Source: Nemertoderma westbladi (Eukaryota; Animalia; Xenacoelomorpha). From it: a stretch of 64,000 nucleotides of DNA. Below the pieces are notes generated by a model, which saw nothing but the letters and a program-made list of their open reading frames with translations, had not been told where the DNA came from and did no database searches. Shown here one piece after another: positions 1-10,373 of the stretch. The position numbers were made by a program, and so were the translations under genes. Numbering within the stretch: the first letter of the stretch is position 1; the number at the start of each line of letters is the position of its first letter. The DNA lies in assembly GCA_032718475.1 (NCBI GenBank), contig JAUCBJ010008890.1:124001-188000 (forward strand), read 5' to 3'.

Positions 1-486
1 TTTACCGTATTTAGGCGTATTTAGGTCGCCTTGCTGTAGACTAACCAGAGAGGAATAGTAATAGACATCAGCATTCTTTAAATTCACTATAAATGTTGTA
101 TTGCTATCTCAGGTGAATGACAGATATCATAACATAAATACTATCCATGGCATGGCTGTTGTGTAGGCTTCTGAAATAGTTTATTCCACAATGTATATGT
201 CTGGTTATTTTTTAATTGAATTTTTGCAAAGTAGTAAAATTAATGTTCTTAAAAATAATATTATTATTTTATATGTAACCTAGGAAATTAGCTACATTTT
301 TTCGCTGCAGCTTTAAGAGTGTACATTAATTTAATATTATTTCAATACCCATATTACTACATCGGCATAAGATGCGTTGGCGTTGTATCACACATCTCCA
401 CATATCACACATATCCACATAGATGTATCAACAGTTACTCGCACAGTTTCGAAACTTCGCATAGTTATAACTGTATAAAGATCGTC

Positions 487-766
487 AGTCTGCGTTTAGG
501 AAAAATATTTTATAACAAAACAGGACAAGCGACGAGCGCAACGAGGCATATAATGAAGACGAGTACTGCGTTGACTAAATTATTATATAAACCACCTGGC
601 TTCACATATTGATCGCATCCCTAGTTATTATTATTATAAAGAACGTCCTAGCCTGCGTTTAAGAAATATATTTAAATACAAAACAGGACGAACGCAACGA
701 GGCTTATAATGAATACGAGTACTGCGTTTATTATATTCCTATAAACCACCTGGCTTTGCATATTGA
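487..766. repeat. Diverged direct tandem duplication, ~163-bp period (2 copies)
   Basis: CTGCGTTTA...ACAAAACAGGAC...GCAACGAGGC...ACGAGTACTGCGTT...TATAAACCACCTGGCTT...CATATTGA seen at ~487-612 and ~650-766. Confidence 0.8.
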
Positions 767-1094
767 ACGTGCGATTGGAAATAAGTTCGTGCTACCCTTC
801 CGTGGGTGGTAGATGTCGCGGTTATGTATTGGTGGTTGGGAAGGGTGGGGGGGGGGGGGGGGATTAAAAGGGGTGAACACGTACTGTCCCCCTTTCTTTG
901 ATTGATTGGTGGTGTGGGTAAATTTCTCAAAACCTGATTTTGTGATACAGTCGCTCAATTTTAATTTGTATCTCATAACTGGGCCTCGTGCTGCGCGAAG
1001 GCCCCACGAACGTGTAGTATGGGAGATCTATCGTCTATGTCTGCTCCTCGCATTTCTTACAGAACTCCGGATGATATGGTATGTAATAGTCATG

Positions 1095-1330
1095 GGATGA
1101 ACATATTAATTCAGTTGTGCAAATTATCTAATCTTGTGAATCTAAGTTAATCGACTATAGCAGGAAGGATACATGGTGGGAAATTAAATTTTAGGCAGAA
1201 ATCAGGTTTCATCCAAACCTGATCGATGCCTGGTTAGCAGACAATCGCCACATCTATTACAAAATTCGATACCATATTAGAAAATTTACCCTCCGATCAT
1301 GCACCCTTAGAAATATTAATCAACTTGGAG
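1095..1330 (+). pseudogene. Decayed LINE APE-type endonuclease remnant
   Basis: Hand translation across frameshifts gives ILIQLCKLSNLVNL, SKPDRCLVS and LPSDHAPLEILI (SDH motif ending APE domains). Confidence 0.5.
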
Positions 1331-1415
1331 AATGAAATCAATTTAGTTTTACTCGAGAAAAGCACGATCTTGTTGGGTAAATGCAGGAATCAAAATGCAG
1401 GTATCAAATCCAACA

Positions 1416-1697
1416 GGTTCCACCTTGGTGTAGTGGTTGCATTGAATTCACATCTCCTGTAGGTCGTGGGTTCGATCCTCACATGGGCCAGGGCAGTTTT
1501 CGTTTCGGCACGAATGCTTTAAAGGGACCAGCCAGGGCGCATCTCTGCCTTGCATCCTTAAGTGGTAGCTAAAAGAGTACTGGAGTTTCCTCTGGGGAGT
1601 AAAGTTCTGGGGGGACCGCACTGGAAATAAGTCGTCAGACTTTGTGCGTAATCCCTGACCTAGCGGCCGAAGAAAATTTACTTTACTTACTTTACTT
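1416..1697 (+). mobile_element. tRNA-derived SINE with conserved central domain
   Basis: A box TGGTGTAGTGG (1426-1436), B box GGTTCGATCC (1469-1478), core CTCTGCCTTGCATCC...AAAAGAGTAC related to the SINE at 32121, (TTTAC)n tail. Confidence 0.75.
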
Positions 1698-2030
1698 AAC
1701 ACTCTATGTAAGGTCGGGTTTACAGAAGCTTTAGGTACACCAACTGCTTTTGAACATAATTGATCACAGGGCACAACCCTCATATCGACACTTTGGTAGA
1801 ATGTTTCACCAACCATATCTATTCAACAGCCAATGTAAAGAAATACAAAATTCCTGTACCTACAAGACAACTGAATCGCCATCCCTCTGTGGTACGACAG
1901 TGAGACGAGCTGGCTACCCCAGGCTACAAAACATATTTATGGCATCAGATTGGTTGGAAAGGGGATTTGAGTTGACAGACGGGCCAGACAGCTCTGACAC
2001 ATCATCAGTCACAGATTTCAAATCGCATTT

Positions 2031-2493
2031 ATAATGTAATAGGACAATATGATAATGCTCTCAATACCGAAAAATATTAACCGACCCTATTGGGGCTCGA
2101 ACCCGGTACCTAGGTTTCAAACTTCCGGTTATCATCAGCCGGGTGTGTATCCTGAGCTACCAGGACGGTAAAATATTTCGCTATGGAGTGGGATATCATA
2201 TTTAGGCCAACTAATCACTCGAAGGAAAGTACGACGTTATTCCCGTGCTCTGCCAGAAATGGCAACCATGCCTCAAAGAATAACTATTATACAATGTTGT
2301 AGAAACCACTGTAACCCCGTATGCCTGGCTCAGGCTGTTAATTGATAATAATAAGTGAATTGTTGCGGGGTGAGTGACGGTGAATTAAATATATAATGTA
2401 ATAGGACAATATGATAATGCTCTCCATCGCGAAAAATATTAACCGACCCTATTGGGGCTTCAACCCGGTACCTAGGTTTCAAATTTCCGGTTA
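2031..2493 (-). mobile_element. Retrozyme-like repeat: 362-bp unit (1.3 copies) with Pol III A/B boxes and hammerhead
   Basis: ~100-bp direct repeat at 2031-2131 and 2393-2493; minus strand TGGTAGCTCAGG (A box) and GGTTCGAGCC (B box) bracket a hammerhead core. Confidence 0.65.
2101..2144 (-). ncRNA. Type I hammerhead ribozyme (GUA site)
   Basis: ACCCGG CUGAUGA UAACCGGAAGUUU GAAA CC UA GG U A CCGGGU: 6-bp stem I, exact core, palindromic minimal stem III; stem II weak (U-U at 10.1/11.1). Confidence 0.65.
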
Positions 2494-2517
2494 AAACTCT
2501 TTCGCCAATTCACTTAA

Positions 2518-3680
2518 CCCTTTGTTACACTTGTTGCTTTTAAGCAACAGTTCCATTATCGGTCTTATCTCATAGAAAAACCATCAACCAACCATTACTG
2601 CACCTTGTAGCTTATCGTAGGATAATTAAATTATCCAATAAAAACGAAGAGTCTTGGGTGGGAGGTTTAAATTGTGTTGTAAGTTAACATTCAAAAATGC
2701 TGATAGGAAAATTGATATTTTTAGTTTATAGGTGTCTTTAGGTCGGCTTTTTTTATTCTTGCGATAATTTTATGGTGCCAAAAAAAATACTAACGTATTT
2801 TCTTGTATATCCTGCGCCAATTACATGTATTTTTGCAAATATACAGGTTCATTTGTAATTCTAAGGCACAAAATAAGCCGTGTTGCTTATAAGCAACAGG
2901 GTGCAGTAAAGGAAAGTAGTGGAAAATGGAACTGAACTGTGTAATTAGGTTTTCCTTTTGTAAAAGCCTTATTGTTTGTACCTTCTAAGTAATTATTGAT
3001 AGTTATAGAAAGACAGAGTCATTTAGAGCTAATTAATGATTTAATTAGTTTAATTATTTGATAAGTGATTAGGCTAATTATTTAACTAGGTAATTAAATT
3101 ACAGTTGCGCAGGAAATTTTTTAAGTGTAGAAAATGGTCTTTCGATGATTTTAGTTAATTAATTGGGAGACTAATTATTGGTTATTACTAGTTAATTAGG
3201 TTAATTAATCACATTGATATGCTAATTATTTAAATAGGAAATGAATTTACTAAATAGTGGTACACAGAATAGGGAGGGAGGACCTTTGCAATTCGACCAC
3301 GCAGTTATACTGCGCAAAGTGCACAGAAGTAGCGTGTACGCATTTTCCTTTGCCTAACAACAAAGAAAAACTGCTTGCAAGACTTCCACCTTTAGGAACT
3401 ATTAGGAAATACTAGGGAACTATTAGATTATTAGGAATTATTATTATAGGAATTATTAGGATAATTTGTAAATAAATATGAACTGACATCACAAGGAACT
3501 CGATTTTAGAAACCAGACAGAAAACAGACAGACAGAAAGACAGACAAACAGACAGACAGAAAGACATGCATACAGACAGACTACTGACAGAGAGACAGAT
3601 AGACAGACCGATAAACCATCAAGCATGCAGACAGACAGAGAGAAATACCGACAGACAGACAAACTGATAGACAGACAGAC

Positions 3681-3767
<87 letters not shown>

Positions 3768-4055
3768 TAGATAGATAGACAGACAGACGAACAGACAGGT
3801 AGACAGGTAGATAGACATACAAACAGTTGAAAGAAGTGGAACAAAACAGACAGAAAAAACATTCACTCTATTTTTCTTCATTATTACGTTCCTTTGTCGC
3901 ACCGTGTTGCTTTTAAGCAACGTGTTGTGAAAACACACAAAATCATAAAATTTTGGCTTTTTTTGTTATATTTCACAGTATTGACACCATTTTATTACCA
4001 AAAAACATAAATTTAATTTTTTTCCTTAAAATCGTCTGCTCGGTGCAATAAAGGG
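2518..4055 (+). mobile_element. Internally deleted piggyBac-family DNA transposon
   Basis: TTAA at 2514-2517 and 4056-4059; TIR CCCTTTGTTACAC vs CCCTTTATTGCAC (11/13); remnant Cys-rich C-terminus TQLYCAKC..IFLCLTTKKNCLQDFHL* at ~3298-3395 across a frameshift. Confidence 0.85.
3513..3853. repeat. (GACA)n/(GATA)n microsatellite inside the piggyBac
   Basis: Direct reading; explains the SVCL-repeat ORFs. Confidence 0.95.
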
Positions 4056-4309
4056 TTAATATTATTATAAAATTGCATTTCGAGTCTCTTGGATATGAAA
4101 TTACCGATGTGTTACAGAACTCCATTGCGGATGATTCTCTCTACATCCTGATCTTACCTGGTCCACCGTTTGTAGGTAGCTACAAATAGCGGACTACATT
4201 ATTAGAAAGCGCTAATTCAAATTGACTGCCTGCCTTTCATTGCTTTGATCCGCTGTCCACTCTTCTGCTCTTTATACGCACCCCCCTATCAGCCTATGTA
4301 ACGTAGTAC

Positions 4310-6675
4310 TTTTTTTTTTTTATTTATTTAAAACATTCAGTTTAATTTTAAAGAATAAAATATAAACAGGGGGAACACCACCTAGGTACAAATACCTAAT
4401 TAGAAGTTATAATTAGATATATAAAATTACACTTACAGGTGGATAAAATACACATTTAAGTAGAAGGGCAAAGGCAACAGATAGAGGGATAAACGCTAAA
4501 ATACAAACAACAACAATAAAACTACAAGAATGACCAACGAAATAAAACCAAGTAAACAGAGATTATATCATCAAGTAAAAAAAACATAATTTGTTTCGAA
4601 AGCCATTGATCCTTTTTATAAAAATGACAAAAATATTAAAAACTATTTGGTAGATTAAATATAAATAAAAACAAATAAAAAATATATGTGGTTAATTTAA
4701 AAATCTGTTAAAATGACAATATGGCAATAGATCAACATCTTTCAATTTATCAGTAAAAATATTTACATTTACAGAATTGACAATTTCTTCGGGTAAGGAA
4801 TTCCAAATATCTACAGTTCTGTTTGAAAAAGAGTTTTTTACAATTTGTAGACGGCAAAACGATTTGAAAAGCTTACGGTTATGGCCTCTATTTCTAATAT
4901 TGGTACTTAAAGTGAAAAAGTCATTACAATTTAGATCAACATCATTATTAAAAATACTATACACCATTTCTAAATCATAAATATGCCTACGTACTTCTAG
5001 AGGTTGTAGCTTAAGAAAATTAAGAAAATTAATTCTCTCCATGTAACTACGGCTGCCGAGGTTACAGCGCTTAAAAAGACGCCGGGTGAAGTAACGCTGA
5101 ACCCGTTCGATTAAATCAATACTACCTAACGTAAATGGAGAGCAAACGGCAGTACAATATTCTAGTAATGGTCTGGCATATGACTTATACGCTGTACAAA
5201 TGGCTTTCAGGTTACCGGTATAAAAACACTTAAATAAAATATTCACTACTCTATACGCCTTCTTTACTTGTTCACGGTAGTGAAGATCAAATTTCAAATC
5301 GTGATTCACAATTACACCAAGATCTCTACAAAAGTCATCATTTTTTATAAGGTTACCATTAAGAAAGTATTGCACAGGTGACACCTTTATACAAGTTGTA
5401 GATAAATGAACTACTGAACATTTGTGTGCAGCTATCTTGACCTGCCACTCATTTGCCCAAGTCTCTAGTGATTTGAGAGCTTCTGCCAATGAATGGATGT
5501 CTGATGATTTGCTGTACAACTTGAGATCGTCAGCGAATAAATTACAACAGGTGCCGGTACCTATAATATCAGGTAAATCATTAACATAGAGTAAAAATAA
5601 TAATGGCCCTAAAACGCTTCCTTGAATTGTACCTGATATAACTTTGCTTACTACAGAAATAGTATTACCAACCAAGACTTGTTGGGTACGATTACATAGA
5701 AAAGCACCAATCCACAATAACAAGTGACCCGAGATACCGTAGCTAGCAAGTTTAGCCAAAAGTTTACAGTGAACGACAGAATCAAACGCCTTGGCGAAAT
5801 CTATGTATATAACGTCTATAGAGCTGCGACTGTCAAGCAGCTTAAACCATTTATTAGTACTGTCAAGCAATTGAGTACAAGTACTGCGACGTTTCATAAA
5901 TCCATGTTGCGACTTACTAATAATATTATGCAACCTTAAGTACAATAATACATCATTTTTGATACATAACTCCATTATTTTACATGTTACACATGTAAGC
6001 GAAATGGGGCGGTAGTTATAGGGATTAGTGTGGCTGCCCTTCTTAAAGAGGGGGATAATGTTAGCAGTGAGCCATATAGAGGGTAAAGCGTGAGATTCAA
6101 ATGATACTTTAAATAAAATAGACAACGGAACAGATAAACATTTAGGTAGTTTCGCAAAAATAAAACTGGGAAAACCATCTGGAGTTTTTCCACATTTAGC
6201 CTTAATATTCTTAAGTACAGAATAAACAGCACCAGGGGAAAAATCTACAGTGGAAATGTGTACACCATTAGCTACTCTACGGTTAAAAATAGGCATTGAT
6301 TCATTATCCTTTGTAAAATTCTCAGAAAAAACTTCAGAAAATATATGTGCTTTAGTAGTGTCATCAATTATTACTTTGCCATTCATTTTAAACGCAGATA
6401 TACCCGATCTGACTTTACGTTTGCTATTAACATAAGTAAAAATAGCGTTAGGCTTGCCAGATGTTAATATTTTGTTTTCACGTGCACAAGCCACTCTAAA
6501 GATGCCTTTAGAAACGGCCTTGGCACATTTCTTATACTCCTCTTGGCCGTTTTCTGTGTGGCGACGACGCCATAACAATTTCTTTCGCTTTTGTAATTTC
6601 GTTATAAAGCGCGGATGTGATTTATTACTTGAAATTTTAGTGAAAGGTACAAATTTTTCGATACCGGATTTCACT
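4310..6675 (-). mobile_element. 5'-truncated CR1-type LINE
   Basis: Poly(A) tail (poly-T from 4310 on +), candidate 7-bp TSD GTAGTAC at 4303-4309 and 6676-6682, uninterrupted RT ORF. Confidence 0.85.
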
Positions 6676-6749
6676 GTAGTACTGTAGTACAGTACAGCAG
6701 TAGGCCTACTGAACAACAACAACGGTACTTCTGTACTACATGTCTGCAT
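4692..6749 (-). CDS. Non-LTR (CR1/L2 group) reverse transcriptase lacking the APE domain
   Basis: NYRPISLT, QHGF, IDFAKAFDSV, QGSVLGPLLF, FADD, RDLGV, RPLLEY, WNSLP motifs; first ~25 aa derive from flanking DNA. Confidence 0.9.
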   Translation of the reverse strand: MQTCSTEVPLLLFSRPTAVLYYSTTVKSGIEKFVPFTKISSNKSHPRFITKLQKRKKLLWRRRHTENGQEEYKKCAKAVSKGIFRVACARENKILTSGKPNAIFTYVNSKRKVRSGISAFKMNGKVIIDDTTKAHIFSEVFSENFTKDNESMPIFNRRVANGVHISTVDFSPGAVYSVLKNIKAKCGKTPDGFPSFIFAKLPKCLSVPLSILFKVSFESHALPSIWLTANIIPLFKKGSHTNPYNYRPISLTCVTCKIMELCIKNDVLLYLRLHNIISKSQHGFMKRRSTCTQLLDSTNKWFKLLDSRSSIDVIYIDFAKAFDSVVHCKLLAKLASYGISGHLLLWIGAFLCNRTQQVLVGNTISVVSKVISGTIQGSVLGPLLFLLYVNDLPDIIGTGTCCNLFADDLKLYSKSSDIHSLAEALKSLETWANEWQVKIAAHKCSVVHLSTTCIKVSPVQYFLNGNLIKNDDFCRDLGVIVNHDLKFDLHYREQVKKAYRVVNILFKCFYTGNLKAICTAYKSYARPLLEYCTAVCSPFTLGSIDLIERVQRYFTRRLFKRCNLGSRSYMERINFLNFLKLQPLEVRRHIYDLEMVYSIFNNDVDLNCNDFFTLSTNIRNRGHNRKLFKSFCRLQIVKNSFSNRTVDIWNSLPEEIVNSVNVNIFTDKLKDVDLLPYCHFNRFLN

Positions 6750-6906
6750 GTATATGTACTACATTGACCTTCCTGCACTGTTGGCATACAGGACAGGCAT
6801 AGGCCTATTACAATATTAGTCCTGCTACTAATACTGCAATACTGAAATCCAGAAATCAAATACAGAAATCAGGAAATAACAGATTAATTGCAGAATTGGA
6901 TAAAGG

Positions 6907-7416
6907 ATGACGCGAGTTGGCGGGGACTACGTCCTCGGTAGTACGACCGAATCGACGCTCGTTAAAACTGCCGGCGATTACGTTCCCCGCTACGCATCCC
7001 GAGCGGACCCTCGGGGACTGGTACTGAAACCCGCGCTGGACCCCTACGCAAAGTACGACCCGCAAACCCTGAAGGAAATCCTTGCGTACAAAGCCAAGAT
7101 CCGGGAGCGATACAAATTGGAGTTCCAGAAGCAACGGACTGAGGTGTTCCTGGGGCTTCGACGAATTGTTTCCGACCCCGCACACATCCGACACACCATG
7201 GCGTTCTACGGACGGGAAGATCTTGTACCAAAGTTCAGTTTACGGATGTTCGCCGGTCTGTTCTTGGGTATATTTCTCCCGGTATTTGTCCTGAAATACG
7301 CCCTGCAGAACAGCGTGAAGGAACGCGCGGGTTTCGTACAGACTTACTCTCTTTTCGGGGGTTGGTTGACCCCCAAACAGAGACAATTAGCCATGGATAA
7401 TTTACAGCGGAAATGA
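6907..7416 (+). CDS. NDUFB4: NADH:ubiquinone oxidoreductase B15/NDUFB4-like subunit (intronless, divergent)
   Basis: GC-rich 169-aa ORF; LDP..Y, KAKIRERYKLEFQKQ, IVSDPAHIRH, single C-terminal hydrophobic helix then YALQNSVKER parallels the recalled NDUFB4 pattern (LDP.EY, RxxIRxxLKREY, IENPALLRW, TM helix). Confidence 0.6.
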   Translation: MTRVGGDYVLGSTTESTLVKTAGDYVPRYASRADPRGLVLKPALDPYAKYDPQTLKEILAYKAKIRERYKLEFQKQRTEVFLGLRRIVSDPAHIRHTMAFYGREDLVPKFSLRMFAGLFLGIFLPVFVLKYALQNSVKERAGFVQTYSLFGGWLTPKQRQLAMDNLQRK

Positions 7417-8176
7417 ATTCCGTTTAGTAAACAGTCGGATATATATTCTTCTAATTATATTTACACGATAGGCCTATTAGTTCCGTAGTTAGTGCATTTT
7501 GGATTATTAAGTCCTTAACAACGGGTATTGCTATTTTTACTTTCTTGTTTCTTACTATTAATAATTACCTCGCTAACGTTACTCTACCATTCTTACGTAG
7601 TTAATCCAAGTAAAGTATTCGGAAACTCCAAATTTATCTTACATTGCGAGTGGCGTCTTTAGTTGTTACAAACTTTTTATTCCTATTTTTACTTACTTTA
7701 TTACAGTATAGCTACTTTACGTTGACGTTACAGCGTTCCGTGCTGCCGTTAACATAAACTGAGTGATGTTAAGTTTATAAGTTGAGTTACGTTTACACAG
7801 TATTACCAGAACGCTTGTAAATAATGTTAGGATTAAATGCGTCATTGATTGTTTCTGCGTAATTATTTGCAATTTTATCGTGATATACACGAACAGTTGG
7901 ATAAATCATAATGTAATCCAACACAGCCCTAGTGTAGTAACACAACGTTAGTTACGATAACTTCACACCAAAACGAACAGACCCTTTCGCTTTCACCCAA
8001 CATTGTCTTAGTGTTACATGGAACTAGCATTGTCCATCGAAGTTTACAAAATATTCGATCTATTTTTCTGAAATTTTCGCGATTATTACCAATGTAAAAT
8101 ATTTTTTAATTATCTATTGAGTACCATACTATGAGAGGCCATATACTGGTATTTGGTCCGTGGACCAAATACCTTT

Positions 8177-8395
8177 GGGTAGGTGTAAAACGCGGTTCCG
8201 GGTCCGGATTCCAAAATTATCAATTAAAGGAAAGGAGCAGGTTACAGTGGCACGTTATTTTAAACAAAACAATAAACTAAAGTCAATAGAACAGGTTATA
8301 GTTATATTTTTGGGAGTTATAAAAATGTAAAAAAAATCGACTTCCGTAGGGACAATGTTAAATGTAGAATCCAGATCCGCGTTTTACTCTGACCC
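8177..8395. mobile_element. MITE, Mutator-like (9-bp TSD)
   Basis: Imperfect TIRs GGGTAGGTGTAAAACGCGG / CCGCGTTTTACTCTGACCC; AATACCTTT duplicated at 8168-8176 and 8396-8404. Confidence 0.8.
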
Positions 8396-9139
8396 AATAC
8401 CTTTTCGGGCAAAGGCTATTTATTTTAGCCTTTGCCCGATTGGCAAAGCCATTTAAAGGAGCAGGTTAGTAAAGAAGCAGGTTTCATTCAGAAGCGTGTT
8501 GGGGGGAACCAAAACAATTAACATTGAATTCTCTGCATTTACTTTATTCCAGTACCCCAGTCCACGGACCACAAGCCATCAATATAATGCCCTATAAGAA
8601 AGATTTTCATTGTAAAAAGAAGATAATAAATGTTTAATATTTCAAAAAAATTTATATGTGAAAAGTGGCACTTTACAGAGTGCTGTTAAGAGCGGTTTGT
8701 TGCATTAAGTTAAATAATGAATGGATTAAGAGAGTACTAATGCAGATATGAGTACCGTACGTATGTACCGTTGTATGTACCGTACGTATAGACTAATATA
8801 TTCATTGTAATATCATAATTAATACAGTATAGCATTAATATAGTAATTTGATTCGATAAAATCATGTATTGGAAAGATAATACGAACTATTCTTATTCTC
8901 TCTGACTCCTAAGTGTAATCCTTCAGCGACACCAAGAAGGGGTGGAATCATGGGGGCGCAACTCCTCTTAAAACAACCTTTTGGAACGTGCTAATTATAT
9001 AGGAAGACCATGCGGATCTTGGGACGACTATCATACGAATACCTATGTGCCGAATAATGGACAGTCTGAATAGCGTCCGCAGATTTATATATATCTATCT
9101 ATATGGCACGCCATTAATTGGTGGGGGTGGGGGGATCGC

Positions 9140-9420
9140 CATACATTCCGATATTAGATGATGATTTGATTTCAGTGAGCGGGAGCTCGCAGATACGGTG
9201 AGCAATCTTAAGATAAACAAGGGGTACATTGGTATATCGTTTAATTAATTTGTACCTAGCCAGTTGTGGTTTAAGTAAACTGGTTACTTTATTTAAGTCT
9301 GGTGAACGATCACTATGTAGTGACTACCGAGCTATATCCATTTTGGATACACTGGCCAAAGTGTATGATATGTTGCTAAATTCCAGACTGTTAGCAAGGT
9401 GCGCATTTGATAAATATGAA
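9140..9420 (+). pseudogene. Decayed non-LTR RT N-terminal fragment
   Basis: YIPILDD...LKINKGYIG then LVTLFKSG..CSDYRAISILDTLAKVYDMLLNSRL (RT domains 0-1). Confidence 0.7.
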
Positions 9421-9714
9421 AACAATAAAATAGGACATGGGGTCTTATTCCCTCAGATATTACCTAGTATTTAGGGCCACTTGGGCCACTGTTAGTACTC
9501 AGGCACTAGGCCCATCAAAAAACAAAATACCAAATCGATTTTAGTGCTACATAACCCAACCCAACTACCACAAGAAAAAGTACACCAAACCATACAGTAA
9601 CTATAGGTTCCGGTAAGTATTGCACGAAATAGGCTATCCCATAAATTACGAAAAATATAGGACATTTTGTCCGCCGAAAAGGTAAGTCTAAGTAATAAAT
9701 TTTATAAAAATAAA

Positions 9715-9783
9715 AGGGTTTCGGAGATTTAAACACTGAACCCTGGGATTCGTGGTTCTCCTCATCAGCAGTGTGCCACGAAC
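9715..9783 (-). ncRNA. Hammerhead ribozyme, non-circularly permuted strand order with extra helix
   Basis: UUCGUGG c ACACUG CUGAUGA GGAGA a CCACGAA uccc AGGGU U CAGUGU uuaaa UCUCC GAAA CCCU; perfect stem I (6 bp), II (5 bp), III (5 bp), extra 7-bp helix. Confidence 0.8.
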
Positions 9784-10063
9784 CCCACCCCTAACCTAAC
9801 AAAACTGACCACTAAATTAAGACAATGAATGACCAATAAATTAGAAATCCTACCGTACCACCGAACAGAGTTGAAACCACCCACCCCCAATGTATGTTAC
9901 CATCAGCCCCAATTGCATAAACATGATTCCCCACTGAATGCAACCAACTGATTTTTTTAAAAACTGATCATATATCTGTACATACCGGTAGGTGCTAAGG
10001 GAGATGCGAGGATACGTGGCCATTGACCCGGACATCCGTTACGTATTACGTCCGAATTACGTA

Positions 10064-10198
10064 TTACATGGGAAAAAAACGTAGAACATTTTTTTCCATA
10101 TTCTCTCGACTATTCTCTTTATTAACCTAGCTGACGCTCGGTAAATAAAATGCCTCCAGAATAATGAAAAAAAGTTCTACTTTTTGTTCCCACGTAAT
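10064..10198. mobile_element. Small inverted-repeat element (MITE-like)
   Basis: ATTACATGGGAAAAAAACGTAGAAC...TTTTTT pairs with AAAAAAAGTTCTAC...TTCCCACGTAAT. Confidence 0.6.
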
Positions 10199-10373
10199 AA
10201 ATAATTATTTGGTGGATAAACATAATAAACAATTATTTTAAATATTATTATAAAAAATATTTCATGGTGGTTTTTGTAGTTTAAGCGGCTTTCTGGTTAT
10301 GTAATAAATATTCGAGAACATTGAATTATTAGAGTTAAGCAACAAAAAGTAACAATCTAATAATAAAATTTTT

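Noticed and set aside
430-495. CUGACGA...GAAAC on minus strand
   Set aside because: Stems I and II do not form.
1416-1490. Genuine tRNA genes here, at 2085-2165 and at 32121-32190
   Set aside because: A/B boxes present but no complete cloverleaf; they continue into SINE or repeat bodies.
1575-1645. Hammerhead-like CUGACGA...GAAAC on minus strand of the SINE
   Set aside because: No stem I pairing at the required positions.
3489-3938. SVCL-repeat ORFs
   Set aside because: Translation of the (GACA)n microsatellite.
9733-9741. Satellite minus strand (GUUCAGUGUG) as trans substrate of the permuted hammerhead
   Set aside because: Shares the stem I arm and GUU, but only 2 bp of stem III could form; most likely a chance 9-mer match.
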